A DNA stretch of 7,092 bases from a virus (lineage: Duplodnaviria > Heunggongvirae > Uroviricota > Caudoviricetes). Every line of letters begins with the position of its first letter. Positions within the stretch are counted from its first letter, which is position 1. The stretch lies in the IMG/VR virus record IMGVR_UViG_2529292836_000020. One strand, written 5' to 3'. Positions 6,235 through 7,092 of this stretch are shown here, in pieces. The notes under the pieces were generated by a model. It ran no database searches and was not told the DNA's origin. It was given only the letters and a program-made list of their open reading frames with translations. A program made the position numbers and the translations under genes.

Positions 6235-6489
6235 ATGAACCAGAAAACACTTGAAGATGTAATCAAAACTGTTCGCGTTGCTGTTGTGGCCGACGTTTGT
6301 GGTGTCAGCCAAAGAGCAATCTATAAATGGATGGATAACGGAAAATTGCCTCGCACAGAATATACCGGCGAAACAAATTACGCTGAAAAAATCGCTCTTG
6401 CATCAAACGGATTATTTTCTGCCGATGCAATTTTAACTATTGGCAGGAATAAAACTACTACGAAAAAGCTGATGGGAGTTGATTCATGA
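6235..6489 (+). CDS. Cro-like HTH DNA-binding protein (84 aa)
   Basis: ATG at 6235 preceded by GAGGG; HTH segment DVCGVSQRAIYKWMDNGKLP. The ORF-track start at 6163 lies 7 nt from the divergent repressor start, inside its -10, and is rejected. Confidence 0.8.
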   Translation: MNQKTLEDVIKTVRVAVVADVCGVSQRAIYKWMDNGKLPRTEYTGETNYAEKIALASNGLFSADAILTIGRNKTTTKKLMGVDS

Positions 6490-6911
6490 AAATCAAGCAT
6501 GAACACATCCGCATGGCGATGAATGCCTGGGCGCATCCGGACGGCGAAAAAGTACCGGCTGCGAAAATTACCAAAGCGTATTTCGAGCTGGGAATGACGT
6601 TCCCGGAACTGTATGACGACAGCCATCCGGAAGCCCTGGCTCGCAATACTCAGAAAATTTTCCGCTGGGTGGAGAAAGACACCCCTGATGCGGTTAAAAA
6701 AATTCAGGCGTTGTTACCAGCTATCGAAAAAGCAATGCCACCTCTGCTGGTGGCCCGAATGCGCAGTCATAGCTCAGCCTATTTTCGGGAACTAGTGGAG
6801 ACGCGGGAACGACTGGTGAGAGACGCTGATGATTTTGTCGCAGTGGCGATCGCTGGTTTCAACCAGATGAATCGTGGTGGCCCTGCAGGAAATATTGTGG
6901 CTGTGCATTGA
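6486..6911 (+). CDS. YdaT-like (CII-like) regulatory protein, 141 aa
   Basis: ATG overlaps the cro-like stop as ATGA (6486-6489). N-terminus MKIKHEHI and position right after the cro-like gene fit the YdaS/YdaT-type module; family assignment is from memory. Confidence 0.75.
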   Translation: MKIKHEHIRMAMNAWAHPDGEKVPAAKITKAYFELGMTFPELYDDSHPEALARNTQKIFRWVEKDTPDAVKKIQALLPAIEKAMPPLLVARMRSHSSAYFRELVETRERLVRDADDFVAVAIAGFNQMNRGGPAGNIVAVH

Positions 6912-6982
6912 CTCGCAATATTCATACCGGATCGCTTCCGGCAATTTGTGAGTAAAAAGATTCGGTATCAAAAGAGGTGAGT

Positions 6983-7092
6983 ATGGCTAACGCCTGGCTC
7001 AGATTATGGCATGACATGCCAAATGACCCTAAGTGGCGAACAATTGCCAGGGTGTCAGGGCAGCCAATTGCAACAGTGATGGCAGTGTATAT
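6983..7092 (+). CDS. 5' end of a replication-region gene (possibly YdaU/DUF1376-like), truncated by the window edge
   Basis: ATG at 6983 with AAGAGGTGA SD at 6972-6980; open to the window end, translation MANAWLRLWHDMPNDPKWRTIARVSGQPIATVMAVY. Family assignment is tentative. Confidence 0.5.
   Translation, partial: MANAWLRLWHDMPNDPKWRTIARVSGQPIATVMAVY

Larger units (their letters stand above)
1..7092. mobile_element. Segment of a lambdoid prophage (Qin/DicB-type early-left region plus immunity region); attachment site not in window
   Basis: Gene content and order: int, xis, exonuclease, dicB operon, repressor facing cro-like, YdaT-like and replication gene. The integrase stop codon is at positions 1-3, so the integration junction lies left of the window. 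Confidence 0.85.

Noticed and set aside
6378-6795. ORFs 6378..6626 and 6458..6646 (minus) and 6613..6795 (plus)
   Set aside because: Nested in or antisense to the YdaT-like gene, which has the coupled start and a protein-like translation.
6912-6982. Small hairpin CCGGA-(5 nt)-TCCGG between the YdaT-like gene and the replication gene
   Set aside because: 5-bp stem without a following U-tract; too weak to call a terminator.

Overview
The window reads as the left arm and immunity region of a lambdoid prophage of the Qin/DicB type, with no CRISPR, tRNA, rRNA or IS element seen. From left to right it carries a complete lambda-family tyrosine integrase and an overlapping excisionase on the minus strand, then a large exodeoxyribonuclease VIII-like gene that is broken by at least five single-nucleotide frame changes. 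Next, on the minus strand, comes the dicB cell-division-inhibition operon: ydfA, ydfB, ydfC, a long untranslated leader, the DicF small RNA, dicB and ydfD. To its right lie an XRE/DicA-family repressor (minus) facing a Cro-like gene, a YdaT-like gene and the start of a replication-type gene (plus), with the hexamer TGTACT/AGTACA repeated at 24-bp spacing in both promoter regions. I recognise the dicB operon as a described system rather than a new one; all homology statements are from reading the translations and from memory and none has been database-checked. The most unusual signals are the clustered frameshifts in the exonuclease gene, a perfect 19-bp long-range inverted repeat linking the DicF 3' end to the dicB ribosome-binding site, and the operator/promoter layout.
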